Assembly (NCBI GenBank): GCA_951406725.2 | Contig: OX597827.1 | Coordinates: 22,568,001-22,632,000, forward strand | Source of the DNA: Octopus vulgaris | Taxonomy: Eukaryota | Direction of reading: 5' to 3' | Length of the DNA: 64,000 nucleotides | Part shown: piece after piece, positions 26,899 through 41,732 of the stretch | How the letters are laid out: each line of letters opens with the position of its first letter | How positions within the stretch are numbered: position 1 is the first letter of the stretch | Translations under genes and position numbers: made by a program | The notes under the pieces: generated by a model | The model's database searches: none | Told to the model about the DNA's origin: nothing | Seen by the model: the letters and a program-made list of their open reading frames with translations, nothing else

Positions 26899-27343
26899 GA
26901 AGCTTTTCGGTTTGAACGGCAGTTTTTTCTTGCGGTGTCATATGAAATTGTCACCCATAATTATGACCCTAGTATCGATCTATTGCATTTCAATCTGTTT
27001 TAGGGTTAGGGTTAGTTGGGGTTTGTTAAGGTTAGTTAGGGTTAGGGTTAGGGGTGGGGAGAAGGGTATCTGTTTTTCTTCACAAATGTAAATAAACCCA
27101 ATCTGTTTCTTAAACGAAGGACATTTTCATACGGCACAGAATGTTTTCACCTCAATAGACCGTCATTGATTGGTTGAAATTGAAGAAAAAAAAACAACAA
27201 ATATCTTACAAACTATAGAATTTTCTCACTAAAGCCAAGAGAAAAAGATGTTTTATAAACACATTCTACCAGTATACGAAGTTCAAAATTTTTTAGTTAC
27301 CTAGAAATTATGGCAAAAACTGCCGTTTAAACCGAAAAGATCC
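26899..27343 (-). mobile_element. Merlin-like MITE, copy 2
   Basis: Same TIRs. Perfect TSD TTATTAAG at 26891-26898 and 27344-27351. Internal TTAGGG-like run. Confidence 0.85.
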
Positions 27344-27733
27344 TTATTAAGTATTCTGAAATAATTCTTTCTTACCGACACCGAACTGACAAAAAAACAA
27401 AACTGAAAGTATCTTAAAACCCCCCCAAAATTACAAATATATCTTCTAAATGTCATCATTATGGATGTTATGAATTTAAGCCACATGGAAAGACGGATGC
27501 AATGATATCGCGTGTATGTGATGTTGTTTTTTATACCGAAGTGCCTGACTTGTACCACCATGTGAACAAGTACACATCTGCATGTTCACTTATATGTGTG
27601 TGTGTGTGTGTGTGTTTTCATATACAAATATGTACACCCACTCACATGTGCAGATTCTTGTTTTTATCTTGTTTTTATTAATTTTAATTTATTTCTATAT
27701 TTTAAAGCAGTATCTAATTGTAAGCAAGCATAA

Positions 27734-27805
<72 letters not shown>

Positions 27806-27847
27806 CATATGATGTTCGCTGCAATTTCCATTTTGTATAATATATAT

Positions 27848-28262
27848 ATTTCTTTATTGCCCACAGGGGGCTAAACATAGAGGGGACAAACAAGGACAGA
27901 CAAATGGATTAAGTCGATTACATCGATCCCAGTGCGTAACTGGTACTTATTTAATCGACCCCGAAAGGATGAAAATCAAAATCGACCTCGGCGGAATTTG
28001 AACTCAGAACATAACGGAAGGCGAAATACCTATTTCTTTACTACCCACAAGGGGCTAAACACAGAGGGGACAAACAAGGACAGACAAACGGATTAAGTCG
28101 ATTACATCGATCCCAGTGCGCAACTGGTACTTATTTAATCGACCCCGAAATGATGAAAATCAAAGTCGAACTCGGCGGAATTTGAACTCAGAACGTAGCG
28201 GCAGACGAAAGACCGCTCAGCATTTCGCCCGGCGTGCTAACGCTTCTGCCAGCTCGCCGCCT
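27848..28262 (-). mobile_element. SINE family A with internal ~185-bp tandem duplication
   Basis: Head GGCGGCGAGCTGGCAGAAGCGTTAGC on the minus strand. The body is repeated twice. Confidence 0.8.
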
Positions 28263-28511
28263 TTTGTATATCTAGATTACAAAAAATTTTATATGCTCTA
28301 CCCACTCCTTCATATTTCTTTCTCTCTCTCTCTTTCTCTCTGTCTCACACACACACTCTCGTCCTTTATTTATTTAACCAAGTCTTCAATCTTGATTTAT
28401 ATCTATTACTCCATATACGTTCCGTCTTGCGCTTATTAAAATTTTATATAGCATCAAGACGATTTTGCGCATATCTTTAAAATACGATCTCATTTCTTTA
28501 CTTTTTGTTTG

Positions 28512-28606
<95 letters not shown>

Positions 28607-28786
28607 ACATATCAAGAGCGGATAGTTTCGTACGTTGACACTTTGTTATGTGGCAACGCACGAAACTCTCGGCCGTTGAGTCACTCTGTTGCTTCTTATA
28701 AATATTAATAGAAATATTCATATACTCATATGTTGAGTTCTATTTTTGCTGCTTGCATCGCCTCGCACATACACATTCTTTTATTC

Positions 28787-28942
28787 TCTTACTTTTTTCA
28801 GTCATTTGACTGCGTCCATGCTGGAGCACTGCCTTTAGTCGAACAAATTGACCCCAGGACTTATTCTTTGTAAGCCTAGTACTTGTTCTCTAGGTGTCAA
28901 GCGATGGTGAGGGAACAAACACAGACACATAAATAAATAAAT

Positions 28943-28981
<39 letters not shown>

Positions 28982-29155
28982 CACACACACACACACATAC
29001 GCCAAGCTTCTTTGAGTTTCCGTCTATCAAATCCACTCACAATCCTTTGGTCGGCCTGGGGTTATAGTATTATAGTAGAAGATACGTGCCCAATATGCCA
29101 CGCAGTGGGACTGAACCCGGAACCATGTGGTTAAGAAGCAAGCTTCTTACCAGCC
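28787..29155 (-). mobile_element. SINE family B
   Basis: tRNA-like head with GGTTCAGTCCC, internal (CA)n and tail matching 49705. Confidence 0.75.
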
Positions 29156-29839
29156 ATCCATTCCATGTGCATGTATGTATATATATATATATATATATAT
29201 ACTTTATGTATATGTAGGTATGTATATGTGGGGGGGGCATACACATACACTCACTCACTCACTCATCCAGCTAATTCTTATTTTCATTTAAATTTACTTA
29301 TTAAAAATATTGAGTAATTTAATCGCTCCTATTTACAGAATCATAAAATTCTTAGACTCTTCAGTGCCATACACTTCAACTTCTTTTTCCGATATATAAT
29401 AACCACCAACCAGATTCTCGTAGAGAGTCTAAAAACAATATATTTGTAGCATATTTATCCTTCAACAGATATATAGACACACACCAGAGTAATCATCATC
29501 ATCATCATCGTCATAACGTCTATTTCTTCATGCTGACATGGGTCAGACGGAAATTATTGTTGAGGCAGATTTTCCACGGCCGGATGCATTTTCTGCTACC
29601 AATCCTCACTGGTTTCTAAGTAGGGCACTATTTCCTGAAGGTAGACGAGTTTTGCGAAAGCTTGGAAACGAAGTACCCCGCTTGTATGACGATAGCACTT
29701 GTTTACAACAATCAACGCTCCCACAATATCAAGACAACGATAGGGGCATAATAATAGCGCAAAACTATTTTAAACACAGGCGAGCGCATACTCATACTTG
29801 TTTAGAAAGTCCGTTTCCAATTTTAAATATTGTTTTGGA

Positions 29840-30030
29840 GGCCAGCAAATTCGGTGGTGCGGGTAAGGTGATTACATCCACCCCAGGGCTCAACTGGAAA
29901 TTATTCTATCGATCACGAAAGAATGAAAGACAAAGTCGACCTAGGCGGAATTTGATCTCAGAGCGTGAAGACGGACGAAATGCCGATAAGCACTTTGCTT
30001 GGCCTGCTAACGATTCTGCCACCTCGCCGA
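29840..30030 (-). mobile_element. SINE family A, diverged
   Basis: Similar to 28075-28262. Confidence 0.65.
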
Positions 30031-30343
30031 CTTTTTCCTCTTCAATATTCCTTTTTACCGACCATTATACCAACAAACAATTTAATTTGTTTCTCCTCCA
30101 TTCACTATCTTATTAGTTTAATACTTTGAAGAAGATAAAAAAGATGTTACATTGAATATTTCAAACCGATTCTCCATCTTGTCTTTGTCCCGACGCCCTA
30201 CTCCTACGATGAAAGCATTTTCAGATGTTACTTTTAAGTGTTTTAAAATAACACCATTATTTTAACACACGCGCGCACGCATGTACGTATGCATATGTAT
30301 GTGTGTATATATATATGTGTGTGTGTATGTATGTATATATATA

Positions 30344-31614
30344 CAGGGTGGGGAAGCAAAATTTACAATATTTTGAGGCAGGGATTGAAAGACATTGTAG
30401 GACCAATTAGTTTATTGAAAGTCATGAGAATTATTTGCCACAAGAAAATTTACATAATAGAAAATGTTTTTATTCTATGTGTCCTCCTTCTTTCTCAATA
30501 ACTGCCTTCACACGCTTCCTGAAACTTGCGCAAGTGTTCCTCAAATATTCGGGAGACAAAGTCTCCCATTATTCTTTAATAGTATCTCTAAGAGAGTCGA
30601 CATTACTGTGTGATGATCTATTGGTAGCATGTTCTAAAACGTCCCAAATAGCATAATTCATAGGGTTTAGATCTGGGCTAGAAGGTGGCCATAAACATGA
30701 TTCCAAAAAATTGCTAAAGCTGGATTTGCAGAAATCTTGTATTTTTCTAGCTGTGTGTGCTGGACCACCATCCTGTGTCTATATATAATTACCAACTTGG
30801 TAGTTTGCTTTAAGCCATGGCAATACCTGGTATCTCAGAGTCTTGTAGTAAGTATTAACATTGATCTTTTCATCAGCTTTGTAGAATTTTATATGCACTT
30901 TCTTTCTATCAGAAGCCACAACACCAAAAGCCATAACTTGAGCAGGATGTTTTGTTTTGAATGTCCCCTTAACCTCAGCTGTTGATTTTGCAATAAATCT
31001 GTCATTTCTGCATTTCAGAACAGCATCGACACTGAAGATCTTTTCATCTGAAAAGATCGTTACAATGGAGGACTTTTTCTTGAACCATGTAATAATTTTC
31101 TTGCACCTCTCCAATCTCTTTTCCTTCATAGCTGTTGTCAACAAATATTTTGGTGTTCTTGTGTAAGATTTTAACCTCAAATCATATTTTACTGCATTTC
31201 TAATGGTCTTGTTGACTACCTCAAGTTCAATTGCCATTTTTCTCATGGATTTGGTTGGATCCTATTGGATTTGAGAGCTTTAATAAAAGCTTTGGTACGT
31301 TTTTGTTGATTCCTCCACTTCCAGACCTCCTCATAATAGTTTTGCTCATAGTCATTCTATTCTTTACATTGTAAACAGTCTTTATGGACACTCCAACTAT
31401 TCTTGAAATCGCCTTTGGTGTGACGAGTGCACTCAGCAAATCACACACTCTTTGACATTTGCCTTCCTGATTACTTATATGGGTAAAAGTTTCTGCATAA
31501 CAGTGTTAGGTATGATTATGACATCAATATATGCTAGGTTTCAAAACAATTGACTTAGTGCTTGCTGAGAAAAAACAACTTAACATTCATTGTAAATTTT
31601 GCTTTCCCACCCTG
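30344..31614 (-). mobile_element. Full-length Tc1/mariner element, DD37D (maT) type, inactivated transposase
   Basis: TIRs CAGGGTGGGGAAGCAAAATTTACAAT / ATTGTAAATTTTGCTTTCCCACCCTG with TA flanks. IFSDEK...QDGGPAHT, then 37 residues to the third catalytic position in WPPSSPDLNPM(N)Y. Frameshift and stop present. Confidence 0.9.
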
Positions 31615-31665
<51 letters not shown>

Positions 31666-31669
31666 ATAT

Positions 31670-31785
31670 ACGACGGGCTTCTTTCGGTTTCCAACTACCA
31701 AATCCACACAAAAGATCGGCTCGGGGCTATTGCAGAAGGCACGTGTCCTAGGTACCACGCAGTAGGACTGAACCCCGCACCATAA
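31670..31785 (-). mobile_element. SINE family B fragment
   Basis: Matches 49940-50060. Confidence 0.65.
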
Positions 31786-31944
31786 GGTATGTTTGTTCCC
31801 ACTCAACACTTATTTTAGTGCTGTTGACATCACTGGATTAAATAGTACTGCCCAGGTGTCTGAACGGATGACTAGATATATACAATATACCGCGGTTTTC
31901 GAACAACTCTGATCGCGAATAAATTGTGCTTTATATATATATAT

Positions 31945-32384
31945 TATAAAATGAGATAGGGGTTGAAAATTCAACCCACCATGGGATAATATATATCCAA
32001 TATACTGCCAGATAGGTACCCAACAAGATTAATACATAGATGTTAAAAATTGTCAAACAATCAGTTCATCTATTGTATCATATGGGTAAAGGTAATAATA
32101 TTACCGTAAATTAATACTACAAAATTAGAGAATGGAGAAACATACTTAAATCAATAAAACATCAACTATCCGATGATACCCAATCAATACTTTAATACAC
32201 CATTACATAAGAGTAAAGGCATTATACAAAATGAGATATACAGTAATAGTAAAAAGATAAAGAGATATAAGTAAAAAATTTCAAATATAATATGCAATTA
32301 AATCAAAACTGACAGCTGTTTCGGCAGTGAGCGGATAGTTGATGTTTTATTGATTTAAGTATGTTTCTCCATTCTCTAATTTTG

Positions 32385-32390
<6 letters not shown>
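31945..32390 (-). mobile_element. PLE-type terminal fragment with half-hammerhead and short inversion
   Basis: Minus-strand GAAAC-AGCT-GTC at ~32311-32322. 32333-32386 is inverted to 32118-32171. (TA)n on both sides. Confidence 0.55.
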
Positions 32391-32463
<73 letters not shown>

Positions 32464-32465
<2 letters not shown>

Positions 32466-32835
32466 TTTATATATAAAAGTGAGGTTGTGTGCTGTCTGTC
32501 TCCTACGATTTAGATTCCTAACTACTCCCACATTTTGCGGTGCAGTTTAACCAAAACCGGGTATCTTATAGTCGTGATTCATATCGAGCCCTTCTGGGTA
32601 TTATCGCGCGTCTACGATGAGTCTACGATTAAAAAAAAAATTACCATCAATTTTTCCCATTTTTAATGCAGTTTTGGCATATATAAGGGAAGTAACTCTC
32701 TAAAAATTTATTATTAAATCTCAGAACGTAAAAAGCTATAGCCATATTGAGGTGGCTATTATACTTTACATCTCTAAAAATACTTATATAGTTATTTCCC
32801 TTACAAACCCGAGCAACGCCGGGCGATACTGATGG
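32464..32835 (+). mobile_element. Non-autonomous Helitron-like element (~370 bp)
   Basis: 5' A|TCTTTATATATAAAAG. 3' hairpin CCCGAGCAACGCCGGG ~12 nt before a degenerate terminus followed by T. Confidence 0.65.
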
Positions 32836-33197
32836 TATATATATATATAAAGCAAGATTTATTTGTGATCAGAGGCGTTCGTAAACCGAGGTTCTGCTGT
32901 ATTAAATGAATATGAGAAAGACAGGAGATAAAGTACGATTTCTTCATGATCAGAGTTGTTCGAAAACCGAGGTTGTGCTGAGTTAGAGTGTATTAAAACA
33001 ATTGATTCTGTGTTACCTATTTTAGGAATACATTTGTGTGGGATGTGTGCGTATGTGTATGCGCGTGCACGTATGTGCGTGAGTGTGTGTACCGTATGTG
33101 TCCAAAGGATGCGTGTGTTTGTGTATGCTTCTATGAGTGCATCATGTGTGTGTATATACGAGTAGATGTTCGTATACGTGTGTGTGCGTGCGTGCGC

Positions 33198-33254
<57 letters not shown>

Positions 33255-33740
33255 TGTGTGTGTGCGCGCAATTCCATAGCCTTCGGCCACTCTTTAGCCT
33301 CGAACACAGTGGACATAGTCGCTGTTGTAAGGTGTCCACTAATGATGTCACTTGTACGGCTTGCTATCACCACCACCACCACCACCACCACCACCATCAC
33401 TACCACCGCATCCGCCGCCAACAACAACACTGGTGCCGCTCATCATCACTATCAACAACAGCAACATCACCTACATCAATGTGGTTACTAAGACTGCTGG
33501 AAATAGCAGCAAAATCTCACTCATATTTCACCTTGTTGTCTGAAATAAGCGAAGAGAACGCATTAGAAAATGTAATCTCTATAAAATATAAAGCTGAAGT
33601 TTTCTGTGTGTGTGTGGCAGGTTTGGTAGCCTTCAACTAAAACTATCTCCTCCGAGACCCTGCGACGCAAGTTGACCAAAATTGAGAGTATGGTAGAAGA
33701 AGGTTTGCTCTTCCTTCACTAGAAGAAAAAATTCAAATGT

Positions 33741-33787
<47 letters not shown>

Positions 33788-33859
33788 GCGTACGTGTATG
33801 TGGTAGCGTGTGTGTGTATGTTTGTATTAACTGTGTGTCTGTTTTGTGTGTGTTTTAGC

Positions 33860-33890
<31 letters not shown>

Positions 33891-34304
33891 TGTGTGTGTG
33901 CATGTATATTTGTTTCTGTATGTATGGATGGATATATACCCACATATATATGCGCATATACATACCCACAAACAGACTTACATGTGTGTGTGCGCACGCT
34001 TACCATTTATGTATAACTATATCAGCGGAAGAGAAATTCTGAGTGACTTGACACCAGTATATCACTGGTATTTTGTCTTATTTCTCTTCGCTCGGTGTTC
34101 TGAAGATCGATACCAAACTCAACCGCAGCTAAATTGGCGACACGCTCAATACAATGTCACAATTAGTCCACTTCTGTGACATCCGTGGTGATAATGGAAA
34201 TTTATGTTCATTAAACTACATATGGTGCTACTAGTGCTATGAATTACCCAACAGCTTTTGTGCAGTAAATTAATGTAATCAACTGGTTTCGTTTTGACTA
34301 AGGG

Positions 34305-34640
34305 TAAAGACCCTCTTCGGTCATGACTGAGTATGGGATTGCACCTAGAAAGTTCTCCTCCGGGGCACAATTCTGGGCAAGCTTGTTTATGGAAGACCAG
34401 CAGTCGCCCATGCACACCTGCCTCCCCTCTCCATGTCACCGATGTTATCCAAGGGAAAAGCAAAGAGGCCGATACATGTTGGCACCAGTGATGTGGCAAC
34501 CCACTTCTACAGCTGAGTGAACTGGAGCAATGTGAAATAAAGTGTCTTGCTCAAGAACACAACACGCAGCCTGTTCAGGGAATCGAACTCACTACCTCAT
34601 GATTATGAACCTGACCCTCTAACCAGAGTCATGCGCCTTC
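34305..34640 (-). mobile_element. tRNA-type SINE (family C-related)
   Basis: Minus-strand GAGTTCGATTCCC B-box. Shares CAGCTGAGTGAACTGGAGCAA...GCTCAAGAACACAAC with 51590-51650. Confidence 0.65.
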
Positions 34641-35997
34641 TTTAGAGAAGTAAAAAGCCGAATACTTGGTCAATTAATAATATCTCATTATTTATGTGTT
34701 ACCTTTTTCGTTGACCACGTAAGAATGAAAGAAGGCAAAGTTGGTTCACCTGAATTTAGTCCCTTAATTAAAAAAGTGTAAGGGATTTTAACCGACTCTT
34801 TATAGTTTCTCCCTCCAAACTCAAATTCTCTTAATTTGCATTGCAAAGAGTCTTTAAATAAAAAAACATGATCATCACACAACTTGTATTTTATGTTCGA
34901 ATATGAAGCTATTTTCGTTAAAGAAATGAAGCGATATTTTAACTAACCACTTTGATGGAGATAAAGGCAGAGCAAACCTTGTGAAGGCGATTCAGTTTCA
35001 ATACTCTTATTTATTTATTTATTTATTTATTTTATTTGTGAGGATCATGGTGGGAGAGACAGTATGTATGGCTTTCTTAGACTCACCGAGACCAATAAAG
35101 TCAAGAGCTGTTCATTACGAGAATCGAAGCCAGAACATTAGCGTTATTCGCGCGACACTCTAAACGAGTAATCTTAGAGGCGTTTTATTTAAATTTGTTT
35201 GAATTTCCTTCACTACATTTATTCCACTGAATGATATTGGTTAATGTACGTTCCTTACAGCAGCACATTTCTTTGCCCGTAACATTCTGCGTCTTTGTGA
35301 AGACTAAAAGCCCAGAAAAAAGTGTTGAATATTTTGATTAAGCCGTTGATGTAACCAGAACAATAAGAAACAAAAGCAGTGATAAAACAGCTACAGTTGT
35401 GTTTTATTCCTCATCTTTATTGAATTCTGATTTAAAAAAAAAAAATAAATACATTACCTGAATTGTTTTTCAAAAAATACATAATCTGAATTGTTTAAAT
35501 AATTTAGCTTTCGCTCTACAAATAAAAACGCCTCGAACAAATACACAAATACAAACAGATTCACCAGACTGGTAGCCATTTTGATAAAGATAGAGAATTT
35601 TTCTCTCTCTCTTTATTAACTGTCAAGTTTCATTTAATTATATTCAAATCCTTTCTCCATTTTTCTATTTTGGTGGGTTTCAGGCAAAATAAAAATATAT
35701 AAAATGTGTAGTTTTAGATTATTAATAAAATCTGTGTTACGATTTATAAATCACGACAACGATTTCTTGTTCTATTCGATCTGTTTATGTGTTTTGTTAT
35801 TTACTTTGTATTTTGATATATTCCGATGGCTACAACCAGCCATATTGGAACGACGAAGCCGCTGCCTCAATAATAACATATACATGCATATATGTGTATG
35901 TTTGTATAAGTAGGTAAATGCGCATGTGTGCATGTATATATTCAATACATACATTCATACATATATGCATACATGCATATATGCATAAATATATGTG

Positions 35998-36061
<64 letters not shown>

Positions 36062-36091
36062 TGTGTATGTGTGTGTATGTATGTATGTATG

Positions 36092-36131
<40 letters not shown>

Positions 36132-36203
36132 TAGCTACAAGGACAAATAAATGCATATATAAATACATAAATACATGTACACTTTGAGACATAGGCATGT
36201 ATA

Positions 36204-37405
36204 CACTGACATAACAGAAGTAAATAGACAACCTTATAATCATTAAAATTTATTTAAACCTGAAATTATACATTCAAATTATTTATTAATTATCATAATG
36301 TGAATATCTAATATTTAGTAGACACGCCCTTTGCATTTTTCAATGCAAGGGCCCTACTAGGCATGTTACTGATCAGATGACGAATATTCTCTTGGGAAAT
36401 TTCTTGCCAATTTTCATGCAGTAATCTCAAAAGATCTGGCGTTGAAGATGCTTTCTTGTTCTTTTTATGAAGTATCCTGTCCATTATGTACCAGAGGTGT
36501 TCAATGAGGTTAATATCTGGTGAATGGCTTGGCCATGGAAGCTTTTTAATGCCATTCTCTTCCGACCAATCTTGGGTCTTTTTTAGCCGTGTGACAAGAA
36601 GCCACATCTTCCATAAATAGTCTTTTTTAATCATTTCACCACTGGGGAAGATTGGAAAGAGTCTGCAATATGGATACATATTTATCTGAGCTTATGTTTC
36701 CCTCACACTCCACCAACTCCGCTTGACCATTGCTCCAAATTGCTCCCCAGACCATCACAGAACAGCTGCCGTGTTTCATTGTTGGCTGCAATCTTTTCAA
36801 GTCAAATTCTTGATCACAGAGTCTACAGACCCACCCTCGATCACTGTCAGAAAATGCAGCAAATCTGGACACGTCAGAGAATATAACAGTGTCCCAAAAT
36901 GCTAGTGGCCTCTCCGCCATCTCACTGGGCAAAGCTTTTCCTGCTTGATATTGGCTGGTCGAAAAAGTGGCTTCCTTCTTGCTGATCTGCCATAGTAGCT
37001 AATCCTGTGGAGATAACTGACAGCTGTTCTGGGATTGACATCAACTTGTTATGCTATATCAGAAGCCTTGCAACGAGAATTATCCTCCACACTTCTCTTA
37101 ACAAAGCGAAGGGTCCTGTCAGAGCCCTGGTCGACCTGGGTGAGGTGATGTGGACTCCTTCCCCAGTCTGGTGAATTGCACAATCACTCTATTAACTGTA
37201 GAAAGTGGGTCCCAAGGTTCTCTGCGATTTTATGCTGACTAACGGACAGTTCCAAAGCTTCTTTTGTACATGGCATGATTAAACAGTCACATATAGAACC
37301 TGAAATATAAAAATGTCAATTAATAAAAAATACAAACCATTTCAAGTTAAAATAAGCATAAAACAATGTTTTATAGGGAATCTATTTATTTCTGTCATGT
37401 CTGTG
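36204..37405 (-). mobile_element. Tc1-like (DD34E-type) transposon, decayed
   Basis: Imperfect TIRs CACTGACATAACAGAAGTAAATAGA / TCTATTTATTTCTGTCATGTCTGTG with TA flanks. WDTVIFSDVSRF, KHG...SVMVWGAI, WPSHSPDINLIEHLW, NAKGVSTKY. Confidence 0.85.
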
Positions 37406-37540
37406 TATATCTTCATATGAACACAATCGTAGTCGATTAAATTCTTATATCTTTATATAACTATGTATGAATATACATACATTCATACATACGTAACCTA
37501 TATATACACGTATGAAGATTATTACCCACATATGAAACAG

Positions 37541-38420
37541 TATTGGGTTATCAGATTAATTCGTTTTTCCTGTTCTATTTATTTTAATCCTTACTTTTCA
37601 TCAACAATTTTAACAAATCAGTCAATAATATATTCTTCTTCATTGTTCACGACTTCTTGCCAATGTTCCACAAATTTACTACTGCCTTGACGGAAGAAAT
37701 CACCCGAAGAATTCATCGAGCCATGTTCTTGACTTCACGTCGTTGCTGAACGAAACAGATTGTTGGAGAACGATTGAAAAAGCTGATAATCTGAATGTGG
37801 TACATCAGAAGAATACGGTGGGTGCAGTAAAACTTCCCGATCGAACTCTTGAATAGTATTTTGGGTCAAAAGTGGGGGCGATAGAGGAGCGCTGGAGTTT
37901 GTCTCTTTCGTTCAGAGCACGTGGCACCTTTGCATCGAGATTTTTGGAACCTTACCCATCGAGTGACGCTATTCTGAGATCATCCCATCTGTTGGACCAA
38001 TTTCATAGGGGATTGGTGCGGATCCTCAGGGATGAGCTGCTCCAATCGATCCTTATTGAACTGAACAGGTCGGCTTGAGCGTGGAAAGTCTGTGTGATCG
38101 AAATTCCCATCCTTGAAGCCTGTAAGCCATTTCTGTGCAATTCTTTTAATAATATCGCCTTCTCCGTACACAGCACAAATGCCATGAGCGGCTTCGACAG
38201 CTTTGGAACTTTGATTGAAAACGAAGAGAAACAGATGTCGAAAATGCCCTTTTTTTCTTCTCTCTTTGGTATTTCGTCATGTCTGAAAAGAGGTAAAAAT
38301 TTATTCAAATTTCAAAAACAAAGAACAAAATTTGCAAAGAAAGAATAGAACTACAAAAAAAAACTTGATAAAAAATATTTTTCGTGTAACATTTGAAAGA
38401 AACGAAATCGTGATTTCAAT
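37541..38420 (-). mobile_element. Mariner-family transposon relic with internal deletion
   Basis: YGEGDI...AQKW...FKDGNFD...PRSSRP HTH region and an LHPPYSSDV-like motif. Many frameshifts. Confidence 0.75.
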
Positions 38421-38687
38421 TCCCAGACAGAGTGGTGCGTTGTGTTCTTGAGCAAAACCCTTCCTCACACGTTGCTCTGCAATCACTTCGACACCTGACC
38501 CGTGGCGCACCTGTTCACCTGTTCAGGTAATGTCTATTTGATGGAGAGATTGAGCTAATGTGCGGCACGTACATTTGATCTCTTATAAACAAATCATTTG
38601 TGCAGGTTGTTCGACAAAAAGCTGACCGCTCATATACACATACATATATATACACAAATATATACGTACACAAATATATATACAGAA

Positions 38688-38745
<58 letters not shown>

Positions 38746-38779
38746 GTATGAATATACATATAGTGTGGGAGTACATATG

Positions 38780-38826
<47 letters not shown>

Positions 38827-38828
38827 TG

Positions 38829-38865
<37 letters not shown>

Positions 38866-38989
38866 GTATGTTTGTATGTATGTGTGTATATAAACATGTA
38901 TATCTGTCTATTTAGCTAGCTATCTCTACCTCTCTATTTATCTATTCACACACACAGATGTATGATGACGAAGATTATGAAGAAGATGA

Positions 38990-39400
38990 TAATGATGATG
39001 GCTGTCCGCTGGTGACTGAGGAAGACCACCACTGGCCGTTGCCAATGCAAAATGCCAGCGATGCCCATGCGTGTGCTTATTGCACCAGCAGTCGCCTTCA
39101 CACGGCTCCACGACCGTGGCTTCCGTGATCGCCGCGTATCGGATGATCGTCTCGCCGGCGATTGCACAACCTAAAAATTTTAGGCCCAAGAAGGCCGACA
39201 CAGCACTTCAAAGACTCTCTCCAGTGCCAATATGAGTCGCAGGCTCAAGAATGTGGGAGCGCCATGATCTCAGATGCAAACAAAATCTCCCCAAAATGTT
39301 CACTGTCAATGCTTCCATATTTGGTTTCCCCTAGAGACATGCTTTAACAAAAGCTAAAGGGTTGCTTCTCTGTCACGTTGAATCGGATTGATAAGGAGTC
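38990..39400 (-). mobile_element. Probable LINE (RTE-like) 3' fragment
   Basis: GC-rich coding-like stretch ending on the minus strand in a (CAT)n/(CTT)n-like tail. No clear motif. Confidence 0.3.
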
Positions 39401-39575
39401 ATGCTTGATCGAATTATACTCTTTTGGTTTCGTTTCAGTTGTGATTGTAAATGTTGCTGTTCTTGTTTTTTATAGTAACGTTGAATATAAGTTGAAAAGC
39501 ACATAAAAATATGCGTTGGTAGACTTGCACTCACATATATATGTTCACTTAAATAAGCAGGAATGTACATACACA

Positions 39576-39661
<86 letters not shown>

Positions 39662-39821
39662 TGCACACACGCACACATATATTACTACATGCACATATAC
39701 ACGTATACGCATACAAACATGCATCGAAGACTACAGATCCAATCCATCACTGGAACTGTAAAAATCCGTAAAACTTTCCAGACGTTTATCATTTAAGTAT
39801 ATATGAGCATGTCTAGATATG

Positions 39822-40100
39822 CAACTATATGCATGAGGATATATACATAAAGCATACATACATACATACATACATACATACATACATACATACATACACA
39901 CACACATACATACATACATACATACAACTATATGCATGAGGATATATACATAAAGCATACATACATACATACATACATACATACATACATACATACATAC
40001 ATACATGCATACATACACACACACATACATACATACATACATACAACTATATGCATGAGGATATATACATAAAGCATACATACATACATACATACATTCA
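39822..40100. repeat. Three copies of a ~105-120-bp unit (AACTATATGCATGAGGATATATACATAAAGC plus (CATA)n)
   Basis: Anchor sequence at ~39823, ~39926 and ~40045. Confidence 0.85.
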
Positions 40101-40503
40101 TACATACACACATACATACATACACACACACATACATACATACATACATACACACATACATACATACATACACACATACATACATACACACATGCATCCA
40201 TGCATCCATCCATCCATCCATCCATCCATCCATACATACATACATACATACATACACACATACATACATACACACATACATACATACATACACACACACA
40301 TACATACATACACACACATACATACATACATACATACACACATACATACATACATACATACATAATATATACATACATACACACATGCATACATACATAC
40401 AGCCACACACACATGCATACATACACACATACACATACATACATACACACATACATACATACATGCATGCATGCATGCATACATACATACATACATACAT
40501 ACA

Positions 40504-40534
<31 letters not shown>

Positions 40535-41078
40535 GTATATGCATATATATGCATATGTAAATCAATGGGCGGACCTTCCATCGACAGTGACCAAATGAAT
40601 TCAGTTGTTCGATCAACTGAATGAGCTACTCTTTAAATTAGCGTCTGAAGTGGGTGAGTATACCTCAGGCTTGTGTACCCGTAAAGTAATTTTCTGTCAG
40701 AAGGAAGAATTAGTGCGACAAGGCAAAATCTTTCAATTGCATGTAAAATCAATCTGACGGACTTCTAAATAACCTACAGTTATCGAACTTCAGTCATAAT
40801 GCATGGGCCAATCCGAAAGCTGTGATGCAAGATACTGGCTCAGATGGCATGCACCAGAATCGAACCCAATATGATTATGATTGTGAAACGAACTTCATGA
40901 ACGTTCGGCCATGATGTACGTTCGGCCATCCGTTTATCATAAACAAGGAATTACTTTGGATGTTAATTCTGTTTGAATCTATTTTCATCTGATTGTTTGA
41001 TGCAGTCAACCAAGTTCGTTTATCACTGAATGTTTTATAGATATCTGCTTGGATTTATTAATCCCTTTCGCCTCTTGC

Positions 41079-41138
<60 letters not shown>

Positions 41139-41574
41139 CACAAACACATATACTTACATGTATACACATATTTGTAAACTTTCATCACCTAATTAAATAC
41201 ATACATGCACATATATACACAAGTATACATACCATAAACACACATTTGTATACACTCACACATGTGTAGTCATTGCTGTGTATATTTTTTTGAGATGTTA
41301 GTCCACTCATAGAAGGGACACACAGACAAGAGACTTGGGGGAGAGAAAGATAGAAAGGGAAAGAGAAACAGATTGGCAGACTCATAAAGAGAGAAAGAGA
41401 TAAGTTTAATGGAAGATGGAGAGCCTTGTTGTTATTGTTGTTGTTGTTGTTGTTGTCCTTGTTGTTGGTCTCAGTGTTCTTGTCATTGCTGTTGTTGTTG
41501 TTTTCATTTTGCCGAAGAGGTTTCCGAAGCCGTATGAAAAATGTATAAGAAAGGCAGAAGGCAAGACAGAAAGA

Positions 41575-41732
<158 letters not shown>

